Assembly: GCA_030704615.1 (NCBI GenBank)
Contig: CM060734.1
Location: 26,102,001-26,166,000, forward strand
Length of the DNA stretch: 64,000 nucleotides
Direction of reading: 5' to 3'
Origin: Takakia lepidozioides
Lineage: Eukaryota > Plantae > Bryophyta
Of the stretch, positions 24,503 to 37,589 are shown one piece after another. Each line of letters starts with the position of its first letter. Position 1 is the stretch's first letter. A program made the translations under genes and the position numbers. Below the pieces are notes generated by a model. The model saw only the letters and a program-made list of their open reading frames with translations. It had not been told where the DNA came from and did not search any database.

Positions 24503-25620
24503 CGACGCCCGTGCGTCGCAAATCGCGTTGGCGTTGGCAATCGCGGTTTCGCCTTTTTGCGACCCCCATTGGTCGCAAATTTGCGACGTTTTTTTGGCGA
24601 CGCCCGGGCGTCGCAAATTTGGTTTTTCCCTCTACGCGAAAAGGGCTGTTTTACGACGCCGCGACATGCCCCGGGCGTCGAAAACCCCCCCCCTTTTCTT
24701 GTAGTGACAGGTGTCAAGCGGTGGGTATGGGAGTGACAAAGTGGCGGGCGGGGTAGGCTCTGTACACGGGCCCCAAAGAACGGGTGCGGGGGATGGGGGG
24801 CTGTCGTCAGGCAGGGCATAGTGGGTTCTCGAGATGAGGGGGGAGGGGAGCTTTGAAACAGGGGGGGGAGTGTGAGGTGCACCAGCCGGCGAAGAACAGC
24901 GAGTATTGAGAGTGAGTGGTGCTGTGGGTGCGGCGGCCGTGTATAGAGAGTTTGGGTGTTAGTTGCAGGGGCGTTGCGGAATCAATATAGTAATTTGAGT
25001 GTGGGAGTTGAGTGCATAGAGATGTAGTGGGACTCAGTGGGTAGCATAGACATAAGGGAACAAGTTCATTGTGTGCGCATTGCATTAAGAAGCAGGGGAG
25101 AACAAAATGGCCACAACCAATATAGAAGAGAAGGATCGTGTATAAAGCTAGCCAAGAGATAGAGTAGTAATGCTGGTGGGCGAGTACTACTGTACGTTGA
25201 GTGGCCCTTCAGCTTGTGGGTTGTTTGTGCTGTTTACGCATTCGAGTGCTTGGCTATCATGGTATTGGAGTCACCTTTCGTAGTGTCTGTGGCGTACTGG
25301 GACTCGCAGGTGCAGGCTGAGTGCCAAGGAGGCCTGCAGTGCCCAGCTTATGAGGGCCCTCATGCTGCAGCGCAAGAAGGGCCATTGGCCGGAATCCTCC
25401 GTTTTGGCTGGCTGGTGGGTTGTTGGAGCCGCCTTGCCCCGTGGAACTGGTGACCTTGCTGGGTGGGAGTGGGAGCTTGTCTAACACCATGTTCGCATGG
25501 TTGTAGAAGTTGGCCAAATTGGCCCCCAGATTCTTTGTGATAGAGTCTTGTAGAGAGACTAGATGGGAGTGATTCTCCTCTTGTTGCGCTGCCATGGTGA
25601 CGGCCACCCTGGATTCCATA
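22441..25620 (-). mobile_element. Probable LINE 5' region with a 2A-like motif, interrupted by a CACTA MITE
   Basis: C/A-rich minus-strand coding bias like the LINE pieces at 17176 and 62528. ORF 22439-23131 contains LILLRCGDIHPNPGP. Boundaries approximate. Confidence 0.45.
23634..24706. mobile_element. Non-autonomous CACTA element
   Basis: CACTACAA..TTGTAGTG termini, 3-bp TSD ACA (23631-23633 / 24707-24709), GCGACGCC subterminal repeats. Left end very similar to 18934. Confidence 0.92.
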
Positions 25621-25649
25621 GCAGCCAGCTCGCCTCTAAGTACTTGAAA

Positions 25650-27410
25650 TTTGTTTTAGCCATATTTTATCATTTTTTCTCCACAGAGCCTACGACCAGA
25701 TTTGAATTGGAGACTTTTCCCTTAATATCTCTCCTGTTGAGGCTCCAACCACTGTTCCAGGAATGCCCACTTTGCTATTTTTCCCGAATTTCCAGCGACC
25801 CAAAGAACTTGAAATTCCACATCTCCCACACCGCAGGTCCAAAAATCATGAGACCAAGCCCGTGCACCCCTCCTCGTCGAGGGCTTTCCAATGGTACCAA
25901 GTACTAGGGCTGGGACCTTGCGGTTTGGGACATCTCAACATGACAAAACAAAACAAACAAAACAAAACAAACGTCTCGCTTCATATATTGACTAGGGAAG
26001 CGACGCTACGGCGTGAGTGGTGTGCGCACGCTCACGCGGGGCTGACGTGGCGTGAGCGCACGCTCACGCCACATCAGCGTGAGCGGATGCCACGTCAGCC
26101 CGAGCGGAGGCCATGTCAGCAAATGCCAGAGGACGGGCGGTCGAAGAAAAGGTACCTATTCCCATTGCACCTATATCCGTGGGAATAGGCATGTACAGTA
26201 TGATGAAATTAGACCCCATTATGTAAGAAGACCCCATGGCTTCAATGAATAGGTAGGACTATAACGTTGAAGACACTGCAAGCGATGGGAGGCGGAGCTC
26301 CGCCTCTCCCCTTCGTGATCTAGCTATATTGTCTTTAGTCATGGTTATTTTTTTAGGGTTTGGCTATCTCTGCTCTCTGTGCATCTCCCGTGTAGAAGCC
26401 CAAATGTCCACTGTCATTTAAGACCAAGTGCAATTTCTTATGTATCCCAGTGTGTCTCCGATGTCGAGGCCCAAGTGCGACCTCTAGTGTAGCCTATGCC
26501 GTTGGCCCATGTGAGAAAAATTGAAATCTAAGCCCAAGTGCAATCTTCTATTCATATCCAAGTGCATCTCCCATGTAGAGGCCCAAGTTGACCTCCAGTG
26601 TCCACTACAATCCCAAATGTATCCAAAGACCTACAGTTTGGGAGATCTCTATGTCATTGCCCACTTTGCTACGTTTGCAATCTCCCCCGTCGAGGCTTCA
26701 TATCAATATATGAAGCGAGACGTTTGTTTTGTTTTGTTTTGTAGAGTTGAGATGTCCCACCGCAAGGTCCCAGCCCTGGTATTGAAAAGCCCTCGACGAG
26801 GAGGGGTGCACGGGCTTGGTCTCATGATTGTTGGACATGCTGTGTGGGAGATGTGGAATTTCAAGTACTTTGGGCCTACTTTGGGTCGCTGGAAATTCGG
26901 GAAAAATAGCAAAGTGGTCATTCATGGGACAATGGCTGGAGCCTCGACAAGAGGGATATCAAGGGAAAGGTCTCCGGTTCAAATCTGGTTGTGGGCTCTG
27001 TGGAAAAAAAATGATGGCTTGCTTCATATATTGATGCACTTGGACTTCGATGACATTGGACACTTGGGCCAACGGCACAGGCTACCCTAGTATTATTGAT
27101 GTATCCACTTTGCTATTTTTCGTGAATTTCCAGCAACAAAAGTACTTGAAATTCCGAATTTCCCACGTGAAGGGCCAATCACTGCTCCAGGAAAGCCACT
27201 TTGCTATTTTTTTCCCGAATTTCCAGCAACCCAAAGCACTTGAAATTCCACATCTCCCACACCGCCGGTCCAAAAATCATGAGACCAAGCCGGTGCACCC
27301 CTCCTCATCGAGGGTTTTCCAACGGCACCAAGCTCCGAGGTTGGGCCCGCGGTTTGGGAGATCTCGATGACGCTACAAACAAAACAAAACAAAACAAAAC
27401 AAGTGGCTAG
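25650..27410. repeat. Cluster of a ~330-bp dispersed repeat (25650-25995 +, 26698-27015 -, 27090-27410 +)
   Basis: Shared ccacatctcccacac..tcatgagaccaagcc.gtgcacccctcctc.tcgaggg.tttcc..aaaacaaaacaa in direct and inverted orientation. Confidence 0.8.
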
Positions 27411-27654
27411 TCGCGTAATGGCTCCACCCTAAAACTCTTAAGTGCAAAATTTCCTTAAAATGTTATATTAAAATAAAATAATCACATATTTAAACTATAT
27501 TGTAAACATGTTTTGCATAAGAGAAAAAATTATTAATTTATTTCTTCATAAAGTTGGCCCTGGTAGAGCTTATTGATGTATGAATTAAATATTGATGTAT
27601 GATATTACAAAACTGATCTTCGAATTTACTAATCATTAAAATATTAAAATGCTT

Positions 27655-27830
27655 GTTGACATACTAGCTGAGATATTGAAATACTTGCTGAGGAACTAGC
27701 TGAGATTATGAAATACTTGCTGAAAAACTCGCTGAAATACTCACTGAAATACTGAAATACTGAAATACTGATAATCTTGATTCAAATATTGAAATACTGA
27801 AATTTTGATGTATTGAAATACTGAAAATCT
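27655..27830. repeat. AT-rich short tandem repeat (TGAAATAC)n
   Basis: ctgaaatactgaaatactgaaatactg and variants. Confidence 0.7.
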
Positions 27831-29949
27831 CGATTCAAAAGGCAGTAATACATTCTGTTACTACATCAGGGGGTTTGCGAGCCCCCAAGGACGCTAATTA
27901 GCGTCCTTTTACTTCCTGAAGTAAAAACCAGTTCCAGTCGGTTAGGTAACGAGTGGAGTTGTCTCGCAGTATGTAATGATCTTGAGGTACGTACTGGATC
28001 ATGTTGCGAATGAGAAATTTGACAAGAGCCGTAGTGCAAGTGAGTAGCCATGGGTGGTCAATGAGGGCTGTCGGAGTGTGGCGACAAAAGTGGCCGTCGG
28101 TCGCACGGCGGATCAGAGAGATACTAGAGAACAGATACGAGCATCTTTGGAGATCCTAAAAGTTCTGAGTACATCATATATTCACCTGACGGGTTTTCAG
28201 AGTCCCTCCGCGATCTCTTGGGTGTCTGCAAACTCGCGATGAACTGCTCGGACATGCTCGGACCTCAACTGTGACGTTTTGCCTACTCCACATACTTGAA
28301 AGGGATTTTGGATTTCGTGGCTGCAGTCTCTGCTGGTACTAGGGAATATGGCTGCCTCCAATATGGCTGGCTTGACTCTCGCTACGCTGGTGCTGATGAT
28401 CCGTCTTGCGAACACTGCCGCAGGTACAAGCCCCTTCTTCTTCTCCTTGGTTTCATAGCTGTTTTTTGCCATTCCTTAGCTGCTCAAGATGAAAATTTAC
28501 GCTCATCGCATCACTGACGTACTGGGTACTATGTATTGGTATCTAGAAGTGGTGGCTTTCATTCGTGAACTGTGAATCCCATGCTGTAATAGAATTTTTC
28601 ATGAATCAAAAAGCTTTTCAATGGCGTTGGGTGTAAACACTCCAGGCCCGCCCGGAGATTTGCTTCACCGGATGTCCTTTTTCTATCTAAGCTATACCAG
28701 GAAAAACAGTCCACATCTAGGTATATACCTACGTGAGTTATGTTTGCATCGTTTAAGTCGGCCCACCGTATTCATGCATGTACCATTGTAAGTCTCGTGA
28801 TCCATAATGTCACCTTCCATCTATGATCTACTTTACAGAGCTGGAAGCATCTCTCCACAAATTACACCCATACTAGTTAGTATTGTGTCCAGTTTGGCCT
28901 GATCAGCACAGAGTCCTACATAGTCGAGATAATTGATGGAACAAAGGTCTAGATCATGATGACCTGACATTTTAGCTCAGGCAATGACACGCTTTCTGGA
29001 TGTTTGTTCAGAGGTCAGTCTGGACCAGTGGGAGCACAGTTATTACGATTGCATACAAAACACGGTAAAGCATCAGCTCAACTCCCACCAATTTTTTTGT
29101 GCCACCTCACTCTCCCTTAAGTACATACTAGACCCACCGGCCCACCTTCTTCCGTTCGATATGCAGTACTACATATGCACTCTCAAGTGCTCTCGTCTGC
29201 AAACTTGTTTGCGCAAGAGCCCCCATCTCACTGGTACAATCTCAACATGCAACTACGAAATGATTTACTACAGTTGGATTTTCTGGAAAACTGCGTTCCG
29301 CGAGTTTTAGCGCCCTCTCGACGACCATGATCACTTCTTCCTTTCGGCCTCCGATTATGAGATTGGAGGCACATGACCTCCACCGGCGCTTCGCACGCAG
29401 CTCAACACTAGTAATGTAGGCCTCTGGTTTTCAAACTAGCCAATAATGCTTGGCAGCTCTTATAATATGATCTCCTAGACACTAGCCGTGTTTTTAGGCC
29501 TGGCAGATCAAGTAGGGATTCTCGTCATCTCACAAGGGGCCTGTAAAACGTTCCCTCATGGATTTTACCCTGTCCCTCTATACACCTGTATGGGAAGATT
29601 TGGTGTATGTGGAAAAAATTGTGGTATTCATACATCTCCAAAGGAGCACGTGATTCCCAACAGTAAAAACTTCACAATATCCTACTCCGCCTTCACGAGG
29701 TAAACTTTGAGTTGTGGGAAAATCAATTTTATTCACACTTATATTAATTTCACATTAATTACAGCATTAATTTCATGGAATTAAGGACTACTGACTATTT
29801 TCAAAAAATCGAAATATTTTCACTGCCGTTTTATCGACAATGCCGTTTTTCTTTTTCTTTTTCAAAATTTTCATGAACATTTCGATATGAAACGTTCATT
29901 TGATATGAACGTTCATTCCACATAGCTTCCATCCACCAGCTTCCATCCA

Positions 29950-30660
29950 AGGTGATCCTCTTCCAAGAGACTTTGGAGTTTAGGCAAGCCATAATCACTT
30001 GTTACTCTAGGCAAACTTCATTGGCACTGCAGTCTCGCATACCAAGTCCACAAGTGTGGGCCATTGCCCAATCAATTTCTACAGTTCTAGGGCCTGTGGT
30101 TCATGAGTGCATTATGAATCAATCTGGGGGATTTTGGCTGTTGTCCGATGCTCTTAATGCAGCCATTGCCACAACAATTCGCATGCGAGGAAGTAGTGCT
30201 CCCAGGGCTGCAACTGTGGATCATTGCATGGGGGATTTCTCAACAAAGTTGACATTGTTGGAATGGCGGATGGCTCGAGAGGTGGTATATGTCTTGGAAC
30301 CATTTCTTTCTTTTTTGGAAGGGTTTCAATCACGCAAAGCTCACAATATGCTCGCGCTTATGCTTGACCCACGTTACAAGGGGTTGTCATTGGTATCACA
30401 ATATGTGGGCAAAGAGCGTGCTTTGCATATTGTATCCCAATATGATAGTATGGTGTTAGAGCCTCTTTTGGTAAAGTGTTTCAAGGTCTTACATCCGGAT
30501 ACTCCGGCCCAATCACAGCTCACTTCCACAATGGACGAGATGTCCTTATTTGGTGTGCATGACCACAATGAAGACATGACATTGACAGTAGTGAGAGAAC
30601 AACTATCACATTTCAGAAGGACGAAGATAATTGAGGGTGAGTGCGTGGCTCCTTTGAAAT
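29950..30660 (+). pseudogene. hAT-like transposase C-terminal fragment
   Basis: AHNMLALMLDPRYKGL, then EQLSHF..PLK where the hAT dimerisation domain (PLxWW) would begin. Truncated on both sides. Confidence 0.7.
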
Positions 30661-31544
30661 GTATGAGCCATGTCCAAGGGCACCAAAACCCACAAAACCC
30701 CTGCAAGCATGAAGACATTGAAGACCACAAAATTGAGAACACAACCACTCTGACCTTATAAGAACTACATACGCCTATGCCTAGCATGACAGCCTAGCAT
30801 GACGGTCCACATCTCCTGCAAACATTTACAAGAGATGTGCATGATGTGATTGTCATATTACATACCATTTTTCCTTTCACAAGATCTGGGCATCCTCCAT
30901 TTTCTTGCGGCCATTCACATTCTCCATTGGTATAACCTGCACAAGGATGAACGGAAGGCACAGAAAGCCACGCCCAGATTATCAGAAGACACAAAAGAAC
31001 ACTTGACCTCAGTAAGGATACAATGGGTGCATGATTCATAAATAATGCTATCATGGTCTTCTACATGTCTTATCACCCCATATGAAAATGTGCAGAGTAT
31101 AACCAGCTACTAGGTGATCAGCTTGCCATAAGTGTCCACTAACATCTACCGTAGCTTATCAGTCAGTGGATGAAAATAGGTGACCAATTTGCTAGCTGAA
31201 ATGCCTTGAATCTGGGTTGAAATTAGTAAAGAGACAAGAGAAATTAGTAACCAATTTGAGCCATGGTTGTGGGAGACTACGAACAAGATTCACAAGCTGC
31301 CATTAGGACTGACTTCTCTACCACCTGGCATCACTGTCACCACACTAATCTCAGTGGAATAGCCATCTGAGTCTGACTGCAACACCTCCAGCTGATACAC
31401 CCTGGTGGCCATTGACCCCACGCCCAGTTTGAGCAGAACAAAAGGGGACACACACAGAGATAGAGATGTATACATTGAACAATCTTTGCAGTCCACTTCA
31501 GCCACTTGCGAATTGGATGTAGCAGGAAATAAAAGCCTCTGGGA

Positions 31545-34354
31545 GGCAGGTTTGGTGGAGCTCTCTGGTGGAGAGTATGCTTCAGCCACAGTGATGCCAG
31601 CCAAGAAGGATGTCTATGGCAATTGGACGGAGAGACGTATGTGCGGTGATTACCGGCCTGTAAATCGTCAGACCAAGTCCGATAAGTATGCCATGCCAAC
31701 ACCAGAGGAGATCTTTGATGCCATCGGGCATGCTAAGGTCTTTAGCACTTTGGATTTACGATCCGGATATCACCAGTTGCCAATCAAGGAGGCGGACAAG
31801 CAGAAGACGACATTCTGGGGGATCAATGAGCACGGCAAGGATTGCCTATATCAGTGGCGGTTCTTACCAATTGGGCTTAAGAATGCTCCTGCAGAGTTTC
31901 AGAGAGTCATGGATAGGATTCTAGCAGGGGTGGACTTTGCTTGGTGCTACATAGATGACATCATCATCTTTAGTGTTACGGTGGAGGAGCATGAGAGACA
32001 CCTTCAGGTGGTATTGGAGCGCTTGAGAGCGCACGGATTGAAGTTGCATCCGGGGAAGTGCAAGTTTTTCCACAACCAGATTGAGTATCTGGGTCACATG
32101 ATATATCCTGGAGGATTGGGGGTGCAGCAGACTAAGGTAGAGGCCATTGCACAAATTCCACGCCCCACGGATGTGAGCCGAGTCCGAGCTTTCATGGGGT
32201 TGGCAAACTATTATAGACGGTTTGTCAAGGGATTTACTACCATTGCAAAGGCTCTAACCAAGCTGACCAAGGTGGACCAGGAGTGGCAGTGGGAAGATGA
32301 GTAGGAACGAGCTTTTCAAGAGCTCAAGGCGAGGTTGACCTCAGCGCATATTTTGAGACGACCTATCAGGGGGCATCCTTTTCAGCTGCATATGGATTGG
32401 AGCATGCTGGGGCTTGGAGCGGTGCTCACACAGGTGGATGATGAGGGAAGAGAGTTCGTAGTGGCTTATGCTAGCCGCTCGAACAACGCTGCAGAGGCTA
32501 AGTACAGCTCATATGAGGGGGAGTGCTTAGCTACAGTGTGGGCCGTGGCACACTTCAGGTGCTATCTATACGACAATCTTTTCACCCTTGTCACGGATCA
32601 CCAGCCACTCAAGTGGTTGATGGAGTCAGACAAGCTTACGGGGAAGCTTGCACGGTGAGCACTCATACTCCAGGAGTATGACTTCAGGTTGTGCATCGAC
32701 CGGGTTTAGTCAATCGGGATGCAGATGGATTGAGTCGCAATCCATGCACGAGCCAACAGGATGACACTGGAGCTCCGTGGCATGGTGAGACGGACGAGGA
32801 CATGGCACGCATCTGCATTTTTGTATATCTTGGCATCGGGAGGTCAGGTTGGACCTACAACAAGGATGACTGTAAACGGAGTGTCTGAGGACCCTGAGGC
32901 TAGTGATGAGCCAGGTGGTGCCAGAGATATACATGAGGATTTGGCTGTGTTGGACTACCTCCGCACGGGAGACATGGCAGCCACTGTGACTGCCAGGGAG
33001 AGGGATCGGATCCTGCAACGAGCCCAAGAGGTTCAAGTGGGAGGGGATACACCTGCTTCGAGTGTAGGAGGATGGTCGGGTGAGGATCGTGCCTCACCCA
33101 ACACAGCGTGCACGGTTAGTGCGGCATGCCCATGAGGAGTTGGGGCATTTTGGAGTGCGATGCACTCATAGTTTACTGCAGGGGCAGTATTGGTGGCGTG
33201 GTATGCACACAGAGGTGCAATAATTTGTGGCTAGGTGCATGGTGTGTGACAGGGTGCGTGCTTCATTCAACGCCCCTACACCTCAGTTGCATCCTTTACC
33301 CATCATGGGATTGGGCTACAGGTGGAGTCTTGACTTCGCAGGACCGTTGCCACTGACTATGCGCCACCACAGATATGTGTTGGTGATGGTGGAGCACTTC
33401 TCCAAGTGGATTGAGTTGGTTCCATTGCCTGACAAGGCTAGTGAGGGGGCTACGTATGCATTCTTGGATCGTGTGCTTAGCCGATTTGGTGCTCCAGCTG
33501 AGGTACTCACAGACCAAGGGAGAGAGTTCTTGGGGGAGTTTCAGGCTTTGTGTGATAAAGCCTTGATAGACCACCGCACCACTTCTCGGGATCATCCTGA
33601 GGCCAATGGCTTGGCAGAGAGAGTTGTTCAGACGATGAAGAGGGGTTTGCGCAAGTATGGCTTGCAGAAAGGACACCTAGGAGATTGGGATCTTCAAGTT
33701 TCTTGGTTAGCCATGGGCTACAGGTTCAGCAAACAAGCATCACTTGCGTCCTTCTCACCATATTTCCTTCTCTTTGGCCGAGAGCCGGATTTGCCTACAG
33801 CCATTCGTAAGGACACTGCTCAAGTCCTTAACCTTGACGATCCGGACGTGTGGGTACGTGCATGTGATCAGCGTGCAGAGTTGTTCAAGAAAGTCATGCC
33901 CATGGCTTTTGATAACCTTGCCATTGCACAGCACCATGATACGTTGAGGTATGCCACTATACGTGGTGGAGGATATCGTCTTGGGGTTCGGAGGTTTAGC
34001 CCTGGTGACTATGTTTATTTGCAGACTGCTCCTACGACTCTAGATGTTACTACAGGGCGTGTTATTCTGAGGGTTCGAGAGGTGTTGCCCTCAGGGGTCC
34101 GGGATGGCATGACTTGGAAGGACCATGTGCGTAATTGTGCGCCATGTCACCTTCCCTATGTCGATGGCAAAGTTGACCCAAACTTGGCAGTGGTACCTGC
34201 AGGTTTGAGGTGCATGCTCTGTGGGTCTGCCAAAGGGGCAGCCACCATGCTGGTGTGTGATCGATGCTCAAGGGGTTGGCATATGGGATGCTTGACACCA
34301 CCTCTTGAGAAGGTTCCTGACGGAGATTGGTTGTGTCCACACTGCTTGGGATAG
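31545..34354 (+). pseudogene. pol: pol: RT, RNase H, integrase and C-terminal PHD finger
   Basis: RMCGDYRPVN, LDLRSGYHQ, GLKNAPAEFQ, YIDD; DWSMLGLGAVL, YSSYEGE, TDHQPL; WSLDFAGP, TDQGREF, NGLAER; CMLC..CDRCSRGWHMGCLTPPL..DWLCPHC. Several stops and frameshifts. Confidence 0.92.
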
Positions 34355-34614
34355 TGGCAGTGGACATGACTGGAGGCAGCTAACAAGACATGGGAGGCCA
34401 AGCTCATAGGAGTCAATACATGAGATCCCAAGCTCAAGTTCATAGGTTGCAAGACGGCGACTAACGATGGGGCAACTCTTGCACCCGGCCTCTTGATCTA
34501 TCGAGTTTAAGTGTAGTAGGGATAGTGATGGAGGACTTAGTGAGGCTATGGTCACTATCACATCTTGTGGCTACCTGGACTTAGAGGGACCTAAGCACCA
34601 GCTAGGGGGGCGAT

Positions 34615-35803
34615 TGTGTGGACTAGTGACTGCCATAGTGGGCAGCATAGTGGCAGCCTAGTGACTGACTAGTTATAGCCTAGTGGTTGGACTAGTGGTT
34701 GGACTAGTGGTTGGACTAGTGGTGGACTAGTGATATACTAGTGTGTGGCGTGCACATGTGTTGTGTGGTTTTGGACAGCGATGTAGTTGTGTAGCGATAT
34801 GTATGTGCACGATAGCTGTTAAGTTATTTTACCACTAGTGTGAAACTAGCTAGGAAATAACTAGCTTTTACATATTGACATTTGGGATTGGCCCAAGTGT
34901 CAATCCAGGGATCAAGGCAGATTTAGGCCCTGGAGTGGTTATCTTCACGGCAAGCGCGAGAGGCTCATCTTTCTCGAGTTGAGCCTCACCGCGCCTAGCT
35001 ATGGCGCCGTAGTGTGGATTCCTCATGGCGTGGGGTGCACTTGGCTTGACTTGTATTTGAGTGATGAGGTTATATATGCATGAGTTTATGCTTCAGATTT
35101 GTGAGCTCGTGCTTGTATTCTTCTTCTTTATCATTGTGTGGACTAGTGACTGCCATAGTGGGCAGCATAGTGGCAACCTAGTGATTGACTAGTTGTAGCC
35201 TAGTGGTTGGACTAGTGGTGGACTAGTGATATACTAGTGTGTGGCGTGCACATGTGTTGTGTGGTTTTGGACAGCGATGTAGTTGTGTAGCGATATGTAT
35301 GTGCACGATAGCTGTTAAGTTATTTTACCACTAGTGTGAAACTAGCTAGGAAATAACTAGCTTTTACATATTGACATTTGGGATTGGCCCAAGTGTCAAT
35401 CCAGGGATCAAGGCAGATTTAGGCCCTGGAGTGGTTATCTTCACGGCAAGCGCGAGAGGCTCATCTTTCTCGAGTTGAGCCTCACCGCGCCTAGCTATGG
35501 CGCCGTAGTGTGGATTCCTCATGGCGTGGGGTGCACTTGGCTTGACTTGTATTTGAGTGATGAGGTTATATATGCATGAGTTTATGCTTCAGATTTGTGA
35601 GCTCGTGCTTGTATTCTTCTTCTTTATCATTGTGTGGACTAGTGACTGCCATAGTGGGCAGCATAGTGGCAACCTAGTGATTGACTAGTTGTAGCCTAGT
35701 GGTTGGACTAGTGGTGGACTAGTGATATACTAGTGTGTGGCGTGCACATGTGTTGTGTGGTTTTGGACAGCGATGTAGTTGTGTAGCGATATGTATGCGC
35801 ACG
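34615..35803 (+). repeat. Head-to-tail LTR copies: 34615-35133, 35135-35629 and partial 35631-35803
   Basis: Near-identical ~500-bp TG..CA units joined by a single T. Confidence 0.92.
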
Positions 35804-35825
35804 ACAAGGTATCTGTTGTGGTGTA

Positions 35826-37329
35826 GTGACAGCAACACCAATTGAGGGTGAAACAAGCAGTTACCCACCACATTTCTATGAAGAAAGAGAGGGAGAAATG
35901 GAAATCCTAGAGGAACCAGCCACTGTGAGTTTACAGGATGAAGTGGTGACTGGTTGGACAATCACAGCTGATGAGCAGGTGAGAGAAGTGAATGTGGGAA
36001 CTGAAGGGGAACTGAGGATGGTGAAGGTAGGGGCTGATTTGGAGCCAGAATTCTTTGAGGAAGCTAAGAGTCTATTCATCAAATACAGAGATGTATTTGC
36101 TTGGAGCTACGAGGATCTGAAAGGGATACCACCTGAGATCTGTCAGCATAAGATTGAACTGGAACCAGGGTCAGTACCAATCAAACAGGCAAGGTACAGA
36201 ATGAATCCCAACTATGCACAGAAGGTTGGAGAAGAGATCAAGAAGTTGGCTGAGGCTAAGTTTATATACCCGATAGAGTATACAACTTGGTTGTCACCCA
36301 TTGTGATAGTTCCCAATAAGAATGGTAAACTGAGAGTTTGTGTGAACTATAAGAAGTTGAATGCTTGTACGAAGAAAGATCATTTCCCTTTGCCATTCAT
36401 AGAAGCGGTATTGGACACTGTGGCAGGCCATGAGATGTACTCATTCATGGATGGCTTCAATGGTTATAATCAAGTGCAAGTGGCAGAAGAAGACCAGGGA
36501 AAGACAGCTTCCAATTAACCCGCCAGCCAAGAATACACAGAACAAGTATATAATCACAGCCACTGATTATACTACGAAGTGGGTGGAAGCTAAAGCTCTG
36601 AGGGACAACACAGCGAAGTCCACAACAAGGTTCCTGTATGAGAACATACTTACACGATTTGGCTGTCCCCTGGAATTTATCAGTGACCAGGGAAGTCACT
36701 TCATTAATGAGACCATAGAACTATTGACTAAAGAGTTCATGATTGTGCATAGGAAGAGTACAACTTATTACCCACAGGGTAATGGGCAGGCAGAGGCTAC
36801 CAACAAAATACTATGTACTATTTTGGCTAAGATAGTCAATGCAAACAGAATAGATTGGGATACAAAGCTGCTGACAGCTTTGTGGTCATACAGGACTTCA
36901 TATAAAGTCACCACTAAGTATACACCATTCCAATTAGTTTATGGTATGGAAGCTTTACTTCCAGTGGAATTCTTGTTACCTACCACGAGAACTGAATGGG
37001 GAAGGAGAATGGAATTGGAAGATTCAATTAAGGTCAGGAAACATGAATTACACCATGTGGAAGAAGTACGTGCTAATGCAGCTGATAACATGACCAGAAT
37101 TCAGATGAAGAGGAAGGATCAGTTTGATGAAGGTAAATTAAAGACTTTTAAGACGGGAGATTTGGTACTGTGGTTGCAGAAGAAGGGGAAGATTAAAGCT
37201 TCTAAGCTTAAATCACCATGGAAAGGACCTTATGTCATACAGAAGATGTATGATAATAACACCGCCATGTTACAAACCATTAACAAAGAAATGTTGGGAA
37301 GAGTCAATGCCAATAAGTTGAAGGGATAA
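35826..37329 (+). pseudogene. pol: Deleted pol (RT N-terminal half fused to integrase core and C-terminus)
   Basis: Highly similar to 45487-46171 and then to 47601-48420, so about 1.4 kb is missing. Confidence 0.9.
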
Positions 37330-37589
37330 AGTGGTATCCATGACAAACCATTGCAGCACGATTTTCATGTTGAAACACAAAAACAGTCACGAGCTGCGCC
37401 GATGATACCAACGGAGTATGGAGCACTTGTCACTAAGCCGAGCGTGTATGACCAGGGCGGGAAGTACAGGTGTTCGCATAGCTATCACAGCCCATCACAG
37501 TGCCACACAGATGGAAATATCCACGGAGGGGGGTAGAATTAAAAAGTTACCTAAGCAGGCAACAACCAATCAGGAGCGAGAATTTCATG

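Larger units (their letters stand above)
31545..35803 (+). mobile_element. 5'-truncated Ty3/Gypsy LTR retrotransposon with a PHD-finger integrase and tandem 3' LTRs
   Basis: RT-RH-INT order, PPT agggggg at about 34604-34610, LTR TGTG..ATCA. Confidence 0.9.

Noticed and set aside
25996-26130. GCGTGAGC inverted repeats (similar ones at 63830-64000) as further ends of the MTase element family
   Set aside because: They lack the GG(G/A)GG-(T/C)T..TATT terminus. They are probably a separate MITE-like family whose boundaries I cannot define.
25650-27410. Helitron call from CTAG at the ends of two repeat copies
   Set aside because: No clear subterminal hairpin, 5' TC end, A/T insertion site or RepHel remnant could be established.
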